The notes under the pieces were generated by a model that was not told the origin of the DNA, made no database searches, and saw nothing but the letters and a program-made list of their open reading frames with translations. A stretch of DNA of 34,345 nt from a virus (lineage: Duplodnaviria; Caudoviricetes): IMG/VR virus record IMGVR_UViG_3300024249_000021, positions 1-34,345 of that record, one strand, 5' to 3'. Shown in pieces: positions 1 through 8,202 of the stretch (the first letter of the stretch is position 1; each line of letters begins with the position of its first letter). The translations under genes were made by a program, and so were the position numbers.

Positions 1-92
1 ACTTGCGAGCCTTCCGGCAACGCGTTAACCGCATCGGCTACGAACGAATCCGCCGCGCCGCCCGTAGAAACTTGCTTCGGTCCTGATGGCAT
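1..92 (-). CDS. Partial hypothetical structural-module protein (N-terminus MPSGPKQVSTGGAADSF..., runs off the window)
   Basis: ATG at 92 preceded by AGAAAGGAAG SD-like sequence; open to the window edge; co-oriented with head genes. Confidence 0.6.
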   Translation of the reverse strand, partial: MPSGPKQVSTGGAADSFVADAVNALPEGSQ

Positions 93-166
93 TTCTTTGC
101 TTCCTTTCTCGGAAGGTGAGGGGATGCCGGTACAGGCACATCCCCCGCTCTTAAGAGCTTGCTAAA

Positions 167-1015
167 CTACGCGATTCGGCTCGGTACCCACTTCGACGTT
201 GCAGCATTCCAGCAGAACGTAACAGGAACGCTGTTGCCAGCCGTTACCGTGCCCGCCGTCGAGATATTCCCCGCCGCCGTCCACGTCCAGATGCCAGTCG
301 GAATAGCGATGAAGCAACCGCCGCCGCTAGCCGTACCGTTAAACCCGGTCGGAATTCCGAAGTTTACGATTGCGTTCGTGCCGGAGATCGTAAATAGCGG
401 CCCGGAAGGTACGGTCGTGCCAGCTACGGACGCCACCGTTGCCGTAGCTTGTGGCGGGCCGGAATTGTTCCATCCCGGCACCCACGTATTCGTTACAGAC
501 GAGCAAATCCACTGCTCGCCGGTTCGAATATTAAGCCACGGCGTAACAACGACGTTTGCCGGAGTGCAGCCGACGTTAGAAACTCCGCCAAAGCTCGAAG
601 GAGTTCCGCCCGGATCGTTGACGTAAAAGAATCGCGCAGGCCCGAACAGCACCATATCGCCGCTCGGATGCGGTGTCGCTACGGTTCCGTTTACGCCGCG
701 CACAACAGTTAGCTGCGTGCCATTTACCGCCGTGACACGCATCTGCTCGCGACCAATGAAAAGATACGTCTGGTTTGGCTGCGAAGCCGTAATGCCGAGG
801 TTCGGATTGATACCGACGATGTTCGTCGCCGAAGCAACCTGAATCAGTACCGGCGCTGGTACGTTAGCCCCGAAAACAGAGCCAAGATACTGGCCGTTTA
901 CGTTGGCGGCAAGCGTCGTTTGCCCGAGCGTGTTTTGCTGCGCGAAGCCCGTAGAGGCGCAAAGCGCAACAAGAATAGTAAGTACTGCGATTTTGAAGTA
1001 GTTTTTCATATTCAT
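167..1015 (-). CDS. Signal-peptide-bearing putative virion/decoration protein directly after the coat gene
   Basis: MKNYFK-IAVLTILVALCAST-GFA|QQ Sec signal; TTL...IQVAS...IGREQMRVT...LTVVRG.NGT.A..H motif typical of phage structural beta domains; Thr/Gly-rich; 4 Cys in mature part. Confidence 0.75.
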   Translation of the reverse strand: MNMKNYFKIAVLTILVALCASTGFAQQNTLGQTTLAANVNGQYLGSVFGANVPAPVLIQVASATNIVGINPNLGITASQPNQTYLFIGREQMRVTAVNGTQLTVVRGVNGTVATPHPSGDMVLFGPARFFYVNDPGGTPSSFGGVSNVGCTPANVVVTPWLNIRTGEQWICSSVTNTWVPGWNNSGPPQATATVASVAGTTVPSGPLFTISGTNAIVNFGIPTGFNGTASGGGCFIAIPTGIWTWTAAGNISTAGTVTAGNSVPVTFCWNAATSKWVPSRIA

Positions 1016-1048
1016 TTTTTCTCTTTTCGTTTAGTTCGTTACATCAAG

Positions 1049-2290
1049 CTATCCGCAGAGAACCCTCCCGGCGCAATAATCTGCGTAGTATTGGCCAAAG
1101 CCAATCAGTGTGTCCCAGCTGTTCGTCATCTTCTTTTCGGTCGGCGAATACATCCGAACGAAACGAATCGGAATGCCGGTCTTCTTGTCGCGAGCCTGCG
1201 AGGTCAACTCCGTCGCTTTCGGCGATTGCAGTTTAAGCCCTACCATCGCAAAAGCATCTTTGTTGAGCCACAAGCCCTGCGCTCCGGCCTTTCCGTTCGG
1301 GGCCGCCGTACCGGGAAACAACGTCAGTGCAGCGCCAGCCGCAGGCGTAGCGTCAACGTTCTGGTATTGCGAGCCAGGAAGGAAGATTGCCGGAGAAATG
1401 TTCAGCAAATCAGCGCCGCCGCCAGCCGCAACGAGCGGCGAAGAAACGACGAACGTCTTCTGAACTTGCGAAACGAAACGACGCGTCATCGGGTTAACGA
1501 GGTTCACGTTAGCGATGCCGATCTGGTCGCCAACGTTAAACGTATCGCCCGCCGTCGCCGTGATCGTAAGCTGCGTTCCGCCGGCGCTTGCGGTCGTCAG
1601 TGTTACGCCCGCCGCCCACGTTCCTGCTGTATGGCGGAAAAGAGATTCCGATTCGTACCAGTCGAAGTTCCAAAGACGCCCGAGCGAGCCTTCTTTGTAC
1701 TGTTCGCTGATCTCGTCCGAAGGATTCAACAACGCCTGCAGAACAGGCACAAGCGCCGTATAAACGCTCGACGGCACGATCATCGCGTTATCCGAACCGC
1801 GCGTCGCACCGGCCAAGTTCTTTAGTCGCTGCCTCGCCTGCATGAACGTTGTCGCCGAGTTCGGATCGACGCCGAGCACGCCAACACTGTTATTCGCGTT
1901 TTGATACGCGAACAGCGCGGCGCGAGTATCCATTTCCTGCGCGATCTGCTCCATCGCAGGCTTAAGATACTGCTCCGAGATTTCCTCTTTCGAGCGCTCC
2001 ATTAGCAGCGCTTCTTCGAAATCGTCAAACTCGAAATCGACGCCGAAAATCTGATTGCACGCAACCGTCGTGTTAATGCGGTTGATCGGTTGCGGCGAAT
2101 ACCCTAAGCCGTCGCGGATCAAGAAACGCTGCGGAAGTTTTTTGCGGATTACTTCGCCCACCGGGAATTCTTTTTCGAATTCCTTGTTATCGCTGGTGTT
2201 GAAGTACTGGCAAACTTCGAGCATGTTGATCAGCAGACGAAGGGCCTCTTCGGCAACCCAATCCGGGAATACATATTGGCCTTCTGCCAT
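1049..2290 (-). CDS. Major capsid protein, P22 gp5-like
   Basis: 413 aa; motifs such as G..I...LP.RF..RDG, LKPAM.QIA..MD, F..GD.I.IANV..VNP.T and AF.MV...L..P; portal-scaffold-coat order. Confidence 0.9.
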   Translation of the reverse strand: MAEGQYVFPDWVAEEALRLLINMLEVCQYFNTSDNKEFEKEFPVGEVIRKKLPQRFLIRDGLGYSPQPINRINTTVACNQIFGVDFEFDDFEEALLMERSKEEISEQYLKPAMEQIAQEMDTRAALFAYQNANNSVGVLGVDPNSATTFMQARQRLKNLAGATRGSDNAMIVPSSVYTALVPVLQALLNPSDEISEQYKEGSLGRLWNFDWYESESLFRHTAGTWAAGVTLTTASAGGTQLTITATAGDTFNVGDQIGIANVNLVNPMTRRFVSQVQKTFVVSSPLVAAGGGADLLNISPAIFLPGSQYQNVDATPAAGAALTLFPGTAAPNGKAGAQGLWLNKDAFAMVGLKLQSPKATELTSQARDKKTGIPIRFVRMYSPTEKKMTNSWDTLIGFGQYYADYCAGRVLCG

Positions 2291-2334
2291 GATCGTTTCA
2301 ACTCTCTAGCGGCGGCGTACCGCTTAAACTTCGC

Positions 2335-3378
2335 CTAGTTGACCTTCTTTTTTCTCTTTTCGCGATCTTCTTTGTTCTTACGCTCGCGGTACAGCTCGCC
2401 ACGCTCGGAAGCCGATAGGTCTTTGCGCCGCCAGGCTGCATCGGCGCTACCATCATCTTCCGGCGCCGAGCTTCCACCCGCCGCTTCGGTTGGCGGTTTT
2501 CCCGCCCGCGTCAGTTTCTTGTCGTCCGCCTTCGGAGGCTCCTTCTCCTGCTTCTTAAGTTCAGCTTTCACGCCGGCTTCGAGCGCTACGAGTTTGCGAA
2601 CGGCCCGCGTTACCGTCTTCTGGTCTTTCGCTTCAGCGATCAGCTCGTCGAGCTTTGGATCGGTGCCGAGAACGTAAAGCAAATCGGTGAAAACTTCCGA
2701 ATCGTTCAGGAACATGAAGAATGCCGGAGCGTCCCGCATCGTTCCCGCCAAAATATCGGCTGTTTTCTTTACATCTAAGCCGCTTGCCTTATCGCCGTAC
2801 TTTTCCTTCAGCTCGCCTTGCCACGTTTTGACCGCCGCCTCTTGCTGCTGCGCTGCGGTACGGATGTTGACTTCCTGTCTCGTGTAAGCCTCTTTGTCGG
2901 TTTCGTATTTGTCTAACGCCGCTTCGTATTTTTCGAAGTCGAGCGCGCCTGCGTCGTCGCGGAATTGCGCCATGCTCGGGCGTTTCGGCACTTCGAGCAG
3001 CTTCGGACCGGCGTCTGGTTTCTTTTCTTCTGGCTTGCGCTTACCTTCACGCCACTCTTTCAATTCATTCTCGGCAGCTTCGCGTGCAGCTTTTAGGGTG
3101 TCGCGTTCGGCTGCGAGCGCTCGCCAGTTCTCGTCTTGACTACGTGCTTTTTTACCTGGCCCCGACCCAGGTTCCTTCCCCCCGGCTTCGGAGGCGGGTT
3201 TAGACGCTGCCGAGGCGTCCGCTTCTAACGACGAATCTTTTTTGTCCTTCGGTTCTTCTTCTAGCGGCGGCATCGTGCCGTCTTTAAGCCATGCCTTGCG
3301 CTCATCTTCGCTGAAGTGCTCGACTTCTTTATGCTGCGGCGCGCTACTCGCCGCCGGCTGCTGTTGGTTCGTTGCCAT
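2335..3378 (-). CDS. Capsid scaffolding protein
   Basis: Highly charged helical/coiled-coil protein between portal and coat; YEAALDKY motif; basic C-terminus. Confidence 0.75.
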   Translation of the reverse strand: MATNQQQPAASSAPQHKEVEHFSEDERKAWLKDGTMPPLEEEPKDKKDSSLEADASAASKPASEAGGKEPGSGPGKKARSQDENWRALAAERDTLKAAREAAENELKEWREGKRKPEEKKPDAGPKLLEVPKRPSMAQFRDDAGALDFEKYEAALDKYETDKEAYTRQEVNIRTAAQQQEAAVKTWQGELKEKYGDKASGLDVKKTADILAGTMRDAPAFFMFLNDSEVFTDLLYVLGTDPKLDELIAEAKDQKTVTRAVRKLVALEAGVKAELKKQEKEPPKADDKKLTRAGKPPTEAAGGSSAPEDDGSADAAWRRKDLSASERGELYRERKNKEDREKRKKKVN

Positions 3379-5650
3379 CGCCTGCTCCTTGTGTCGCTAA
3401 ACTCGTTTGATGCAGCTGGTCGCTCGCTTGCGTCGCCGCTGCGTTCGCAGCATTCTTATCCGCAATCGAATGTTCGTGTGCGTGCTCTTCTTTTTGCATT
3501 GCCGCTTCGTGCGCCGAACCGTGTAGTTCGAGCCACGTCTGCTTAAACGCTTCGAACTCTTGCTCTTTCGTGCCTTGCTTCGCGCTGATAAACGCTAGCA
3601 GAATCTTTACATCGCGGTCGATCAGCGCTAGCTTCTCTTCGCTTGCCGTCGCCGCCGCTTCGCGTGCACTCTTAAACTGATTGTCGATAACTTTCCCGGC
3701 TTTTTCGAGCTTTAGCTTGCCAAGTTCTTTTTGTAGCTCGCCGATTACCAGTTGCGCTTGCTGCGCCTGTTGCTGTAGCTGCGCCATCTGCGACGCTTTC
3801 TGCTTCTCCGCGTCGGGCGGGTCGAGCGTATCCGCCATCTCATCGCCTAGCGGTCCGAGCGCCGCAAGTCGGATATTTAGCGCCAACATTTTCGCCGCAG
3901 CTCCTGGCGGCGCTATCGTCGCAATAGCTTGCAGCTCGCCCATTACGCCTTGTAGTAGCTCTTTCACTTCGTCGCGCTGCGAAGCCGAATCCTTGCCCGT
4001 AGAAACCGTTACGCCGTGATCTCCCGTAACCGCATCGTAGTGCTGCTGCACGGCCTGCCCGTCGGGGCCTTTCTCCGTATAGGTTTCGTCGTTAATCGTC
4101 AGCGTCTTAAACTCGCCATCGGCTTTCATTACCGCAATGTCGCGCTTCGTATCGTAAACGTACGGGAACCATGCATCGATAATCCGCCCGGCATGCTCGA
4201 GCGAGAAGTTAAAATTATCGATGAAATGGAACGTACCGCGATCTTCGTCCGCTTCGATCTCTTTTAACGCAACGCCGCTCTTCTCGTTCATGCGCTGCGC
4301 CGCTACGGGCAAGTTGCTGCCGCCGCAAGCCGTGCGGATCGCGCGGCGCGCCGCTTCGGCAAACATCTCGTAGCTTTGAAAATTAGGCTGATACTGTGGG
4401 CGGGAAGGAAGCGGAAGAAACTTGTTCGGATCGGTAGGATCAACTACCGGATCGACCTGGATAAACGGAACAGGAATCTTGTTTAGATTCTCCCACGCAG
4501 CGCGGTCGGTTTCGAACTGCCCCGTATACCCCATTACAGGCGACTTCGGAGCCATGCCAGCTTCTTCGGCCTCCGAGCTGCGAATGTAGCAATACGCCAT
4601 ATACGGATCGCGCGCCAGACGAATTAGACTTAGCAGCCGGCGTTTCGCGCCGCTGCCTTCGTCAATCCACATCTCTTTTCCGGCTACTAAAACCAACGGA
4701 ATCCAGCGAATCGGTATTTCGCTCGATTCTTCTAAAATCTCCAAACCGTTCGTCCAATACTGCTTGATGCGCCGCGTCTCTATCGTGCGGTCGTACTTGA
4801 TGCGCTTCTTGTTCTTCTCGTCCGCCATCCAGCGATCTTCGCCGCCCGGCAGTTCGTCACCGTAAAGCGCAACGCGGTCATTCTTGTTCGCTATTCCATC
4901 GAGGTAATACAACTTCTTTCGCTTGATAATCGCCTTGTAGTACGCTGCGACGCGCACAACCTTCTCGGTCTGCCAACCGGGCGCTTCATCGGCATAACCG
5001 CCAACCCAATCGCTATATTTCGCGTTCGGCCACCGGCGCTTAAACGCGCTGCGCTGCGTGCGCTCTTCAACGAAACACTCTGTCATATCGCTCGCGTCCT
5101 GCTCTTTATATTCCGGGTTCGGCAGCACGCTGTTCGGGTTCGCGATACGATAGATATACAGCTCTTGCTCGAAAAGTTTTTCGGGCGAACTCTTTACCAG
5201 TTCTTCGTATTGCTCTTCCGTCAGGCCGTCGGCAACCAGCCTGCTGTTTATCCCGAACCAGCCGTAACTGCGCTCCGCTGCGCCTTGAAATGCGGTCGTA
5301 AACGCGCTCTGCGCGCGCGAATTGTACTGAATCTCGCGCATCTTATCTTCTCGCAACTGCGCCGTAACGTTCGTAGCGCCAGCGCCGCGCGGGTTAATCT
5401 TAATCGCGCGCTTATTCTGGCGCGGATCGTTCACCAGCTGATTGATATACGGCGAAAGCTCGTCCCACGTCATTACCGGGCGGTCGTACTTATCCCGAAA
5501 CTCGCGCTCTTTCGCTTCCCACGGATCGCCGCCAACGGCGAGCATGTCCTTATCGCCCTCTTCCTTAATCGGACGCCACGCCTCTTCGAACGCAGTGTAG
5601 TTCTCGCGTATCTCTTTCAGAATCTTCGAGTGTGGGTTCGTTTCAGGCAT
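3344..5650 (-). CDS. Portal protein, P22-like
   Basis: 768 aa; GDPW...R....RP..T, IPLV.V.G, L.RLARDP, E.SG.AL motifs; Gln-rich C-terminal barrel-like coiled coil. Confidence 0.9.
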   Translation of the reverse strand: MPETNPHSKILKEIRENYTAFEEAWRPIKEEGDKDMLAVGGDPWEAKEREFRDKYDRPVMTWDELSPYINQLVNDPRQNKRAIKINPRGAGATNVTAQLREDKMREIQYNSRAQSAFTTAFQGAAERSYGWFGINSRLVADGLTEEQYEELVKSSPEKLFEQELYIYRIANPNSVLPNPEYKEQDASDMTECFVEERTQRSAFKRRWPNAKYSDWVGGYADEAPGWQTEKVVRVAAYYKAIIKRKKLYYLDGIANKNDRVALYGDELPGGEDRWMADEKNKKRIKYDRTIETRRIKQYWTNGLEILEESSEIPIRWIPLVLVAGKEMWIDEGSGAKRRLLSLIRLARDPYMAYCYIRSSEAEEAGMAPKSPVMGYTGQFETDRAAWENLNKIPVPFIQVDPVVDPTDPNKFLPLPSRPQYQPNFQSYEMFAEAARRAIRTACGGSNLPVAAQRMNEKSGVALKEIEADEDRGTFHFIDNFNFSLEHAGRIIDAWFPYVYDTKRDIAVMKADGEFKTLTINDETYTEKGPDGQAVQQHYDAVTGDHGVTVSTGKDSASQRDEVKELLQGVMGELQAIATIAPPGAAAKMLALNIRLAALGPLGDEMADTLDPPDAEKQKASQMAQLQQQAQQAQLVIGELQKELGKLKLEKAGKVIDNQFKSAREAAATASEEKLALIDRDVKILLAFISAKQGTKEQEFEAFKQTWLELHGSAHEAAMQKEEHAHEHSIADKNAANAAATQASDQLHQTSLATQGAGDGNEPTAAGGE

Positions 5651-5857
5651 TTAGTGGTGGTAGCTATGCGTCTCGCTTTCAAAATGTTGGTTCCCGCGCC
5701 GCGTCGAAGTCAAGCCATGCTTGCGCGTCAATTTCTTCTTATGCCCCATCGCTTGGTTCGCGTGCAGTTCGCGCTTCATCTTTGCTTTCTGCGCAGCGCT
5801 AAGCGGCGAAACTTTGTCGCTTAGCAAATATTTCACCTGTTTACGCGTCCACGGCAC
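5651..5857 (-). CDS. Small basic hypothetical protein
   Basis: 68 aa, abuts the portal start; tight operon packing. Confidence 0.65.
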   Translation of the reverse strand: MPWTRKQVKYLLSDKVSPLSAAQKAKMKRELHANQAMGHKKKLTRKHGLTSTRRGNQHFESETHSYHH

Positions 5858-5858
5858 G

Positions 5859-6104
5859 TCAGTTTACCCACTCCTTCGGCGCATACTTCTCTAGCGCCAG
5901 ATTCGCTTCCCGCTCGCGCTCGATATCCGCCGCGCATAGTGCGACGATACTCTCTTCGGTCGTCTTGTATACGATGCGAAACATTCCGCGCCGCAGTTCG
6001 TACCAATCGCGCACGGCGTTAAACCGACCGAGTTTCTCAGCACCACGCTCGATCTTGCGAGCAACTCTGGCGTCTAAAGCGGCGTAATTAACAGTAGGGT
6101 TCAT
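5859..6104 (-). CDS. Hypothetical protein
   Basis: ATGA overlap with the upstream gene. Confidence 0.6.
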   Translation of the reverse strand: MNPTVNYAALDARVARKIERGAEKLGRFNAVRDWYELRRGMFRIVYKTTEESIVALCAADIEREREANLALEKYAPKEWVN

Positions 6105-6493
6105 ACGGGCAGTTTCGCCGTCGGATCGCCACCGGCAAATTTCCTCATCGCTTCCATCGTCAGCCGCTTCTCCGTGCCATGCGTATACGCTTCGAATTGC
6201 AGATTAAGCACCATCTGCTTCAAATGATCGTGCTTATCGACGCAACGGTTACAAATGTGCGCGTCGTTAAGTACGAGCTTGCGGTTCACTTTCGAATACT
6301 GATACCGCTTCGCGCGTTCTGGCGCTCCGCTGCACTCGCTGCACCGTAGCGGTAACTCGTTCGCCGGAATCCACCGCTTACAATCAAAGCAGCGAAACTT
6401 CGGCGCTTTGCCTTTATTCCGAGCAAGCTCTTCACGATAATGGTGCTGTACCATCGCAAGGAACTGGCTCGGAGCTAGAGCGGCGCGGGACAC
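6101..6493 (-). CDS. Zn-finger-like hypothetical protein
   Basis: CFDC, CSEC, CNRC and HDH motifs; operon packing. Confidence 0.6.
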   Translation of the reverse strand: MSRAALAPSQFLAMVQHHYREELARNKGKAPKFRCFDCKRWIPANELPLRCSECSGAPERAKRYQYSKVNRKLVLNDAHICNRCVDKHDHLKQMVLNLQFEAYTHGTEKRLTMEAMRKFAGGDPTAKLPV

Positions 6494-6496
6494 AGT

Positions 6497-6718
6497 TTAC
6501 GCTTTGACCTCTTCGCCGCTCACGGCAGACGCTTCCGGCTTATTACCGGCTTCGAACTGCGCTTCGAGAATCGTTACGCGATCTTCGAGCGCCCGTAGCC
6601 GCGCAGCTTCTTCGAGCTTCGTCACACGCTGCTCGATAGTCTGTGGTACAGGCGGCTCGGGCCGCGCCTGAATCCCTTGTGGTGCTTTTCCTGCGTGTTC
6701 TGCGTCGCCTTTGCTCAT
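6497..6718 (-). CDS. Small coiled-coil protein
   Basis: GGAGGA SD; duplicated heptad IEQRVTKLEE / LEDRVTILEA. Confidence 0.65.
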   Translation of the reverse strand: MSKGDAEHAGKAPQGIQARPEPPVPQTIEQRVTKLEEAARLRALEDRVTILEAQFEAGNKPEASAVSGEEVKA

Positions 6719-6730
6719 CGCTTCCTCCGA

Positions 6731-7162
6731 TTATTTCTCTTCCCAGTGATTGCAACATCCGAAAAACTCAACCGTTCCCGCTACTTTCTTGCACGGCCCG
6801 CTACCGTCTTCCGTTCCTTCGTAGTACTCGCAGTTGCCGCAATGCGTGGGCGCTTCTTCGACGTAGCCCGCAATCGTCTTACTGATCTGCACTACATCGG
6901 TCGGCAGATTCGGCTTAACGCCGTCGAAGACTCGCCCATTAAAGTACAATCCGCAAACACCGTGCGCCGGATTGATCGCTCCCTCGACCTCAATACAAGT
7001 TCCGACACCGGATTCGCTTCCGACAAACTTCCAGCAATCGCCGCAGTGCGCGCCGACTTTAGAGCCGAGAGCCTCTTCGCCAAAATAAAGCACGATGGCT
7101 TTATCGAGTTTGCCCTTCGGTTCGCTGCGTGCATACTTCTTCTCCTCGCCGGAAGATGCCAT
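6731..7162 (-). CDS. Tandem HiPIP-like (4Fe-4S) domain protein
   Basis: Two copies of K..K...Y...HCxxC..[FY]...G.C..V.G.[IV]...G.C..[YW], matching the HiPIP Cys pattern; no Tat signal. Confidence 0.7.
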   Translation of the reverse strand: MASSGEEKKYARSEPKGKLDKAIVLYFGEEALGSKVGAHCGDCWKFVGSESGVGTCIEVEGAINPAHGVCGLYFNGRVFDGVKPNLPTDVVQISKTIAGYVEEAPTHCGNCEYYEGTEDGSGPCKKVAGTVEFFGCCNHWEEK

Positions 7163-7168
7163 ATTACG

Positions 7169-7519
7169 TTAAGCCGCTGGTGCTGGTGGCGGTGCTTGCG
7201 TTACAGGTGGCTGTGCCGGTGTATTCGCCGCAATCGCTTTCGCGAGATCAGCTGCGCTCGTCTGCAACGACGCCGTTAGCGCCGCCAAAGCCGCAGGGTC
7301 GGTGCCCGCTGCCGCAATCTGCGCCGCTAAACCTTCGATCAGCGTTACAGCCGACTCTTCGATACTTGTGTTCTGCGCGACTTGCTCTTGAAGCGCCGCC
7401 AGTGCCGTGTTCGTAGTGCTCATCTGTTTTCGTTCTCCTTTAATGATCGAATTCAGTAAAAACAAAATCGCAATGTTAAGCAAAATCAAAACAACGAGTA
7501 GCGCTACGACCCAATCCAC
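7169..7519 (-). CDS. Ala-rich helical protein with N-terminal membrane anchor (alternative start at 7423)
   Basis: Hydrophobic residues 3-26, then LAALQEQVAQNTSIEESAVTLIEGLAAQI; AAGGAG upstream of the internal ATG. Confidence 0.65.
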   Translation of the reverse strand: MDWVVALLVVLILLNIAILFLLNSIIKGERKQMSTTNTALAALQEQVAQNTSIEESAVTLIEGLAAQIAAAGTDPAALAALTASLQTSAADLAKAIAANTPAQPPVTQAPPPAPAA

Positions 7520-7524
7520 GCGCG

Positions 7525-7818
7525 CTACTCCTCGTCTTCTTTCGCTTCTCCGCTCCCCGGCGACGCTACGGTGCCTTTCGCGCGGCCCGGCATGGAAATC
7601 CCGAAATGCTTCTCAATGTGCCGCGCCAGCGCATGCCCGTCGCCTGCGCCAAAAGCGTGCGTCTCGGGCTTATGCTCGTAGTGCGTAAAACGATGCTCGA
7701 TCACAACGCCGCCGTTCTCGGCGGTCTTCATCTCAGCGTGATCTAGTTCTTTCGGCATCTTGCGTTGCCGAGGCTCTGCGGTTGCCGCTACTTCTTTCAT
7801 TGCGCCATGGCTAGGCAT
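7525..7818 (-). CDS. Hypothetical His-rich protein
   Basis: AENGGVVIEH...HAF...HIEKH; overlaps the upstream stop; GAGGTG SD. Confidence 0.65.
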   Translation of the reverse strand: MPSHGAMKEVAATAEPRQRKMPKELDHAEMKTAENGGVVIEHRFTHYEHKPETHAFGAGDGHALARHIEKHFGISMPGRAKGTVASPGSGEAKEDEE

Positions 7819-8002
7819 CTTGTTTCACCTCTTTAAACTCAATCGTCGGAGCCTCAAAAACTTTTCCAAAGTACTCGCAGTATTCCGTTCCAACAAAACG
7901 TGGATGCTCAATCAACTCCGGCTTGTCTTTTTCGCGCGGAAGCCAGCTAAGATGAACGCCGCAAACCGGACAATTAAACGTTAGCGCAAGAAGTACGTTC
8001 AT
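7811..8002 (-). CDS. Small Cys-containing hypothetical protein
   Basis: CPVC...HP...C; ATGA overlap. Confidence 0.55.
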   Translation of the reverse strand: MNVLLALTFNCPVCGVHLSWLPREKDKPELIEHPRFVGTEYCEYFGKVFEAPTIEFKEVKQDA

Positions 8003-8202
8003 TTCCCCAACACCCTATTCGCTTTCGCCCTAATCCTCGCCGCGCTCGCCGCACTAATCTTTCCGCGCTTGACCATCTGCTTCGCTCGCGCCTTGGCGTT
8101 TGCCGCGTGCGATCTGTCTGGCATCGGATACTTCCTGCTTCCCGGCAGCCCGAAGCTCGACTTCGGCAAAGCGTTGCGTTTCTTGGCACGTAACTTAGCC
8201 AT
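7999..8202 (-). CDS. Small basic protein, DUF6582-like
   Basis: R.ALP.S.FGLP..RKYPMPD.SHA.NA.AR motif; ATG 8202 overlaps the TerL stop. Confidence 0.7.
   Translation of the reverse strand: MAKLRAKKRNALPKSSFGLPGSRKYPMPDRSHAANAKARAKQMVKRGKISAASAARIRAKANRVLGK

Noticed and set aside
117-150. GGGGATG...CATCCCC hairpin as an intrinsic terminator
   Set aside because: No U tract on the coding (-) strand; at most a stabilising or pausing hairpin
940-1015. Lipoprotein reading of the signal in the post-coat gene (VALC)
   Set aside because: The -1 residue is Leu; the SPase I site GFA|Q fits better
159-1825. Plus-strand ORFs of 155 and 301 aa
   Set aside because: Antisense shadows of the coat and the adjacent gene
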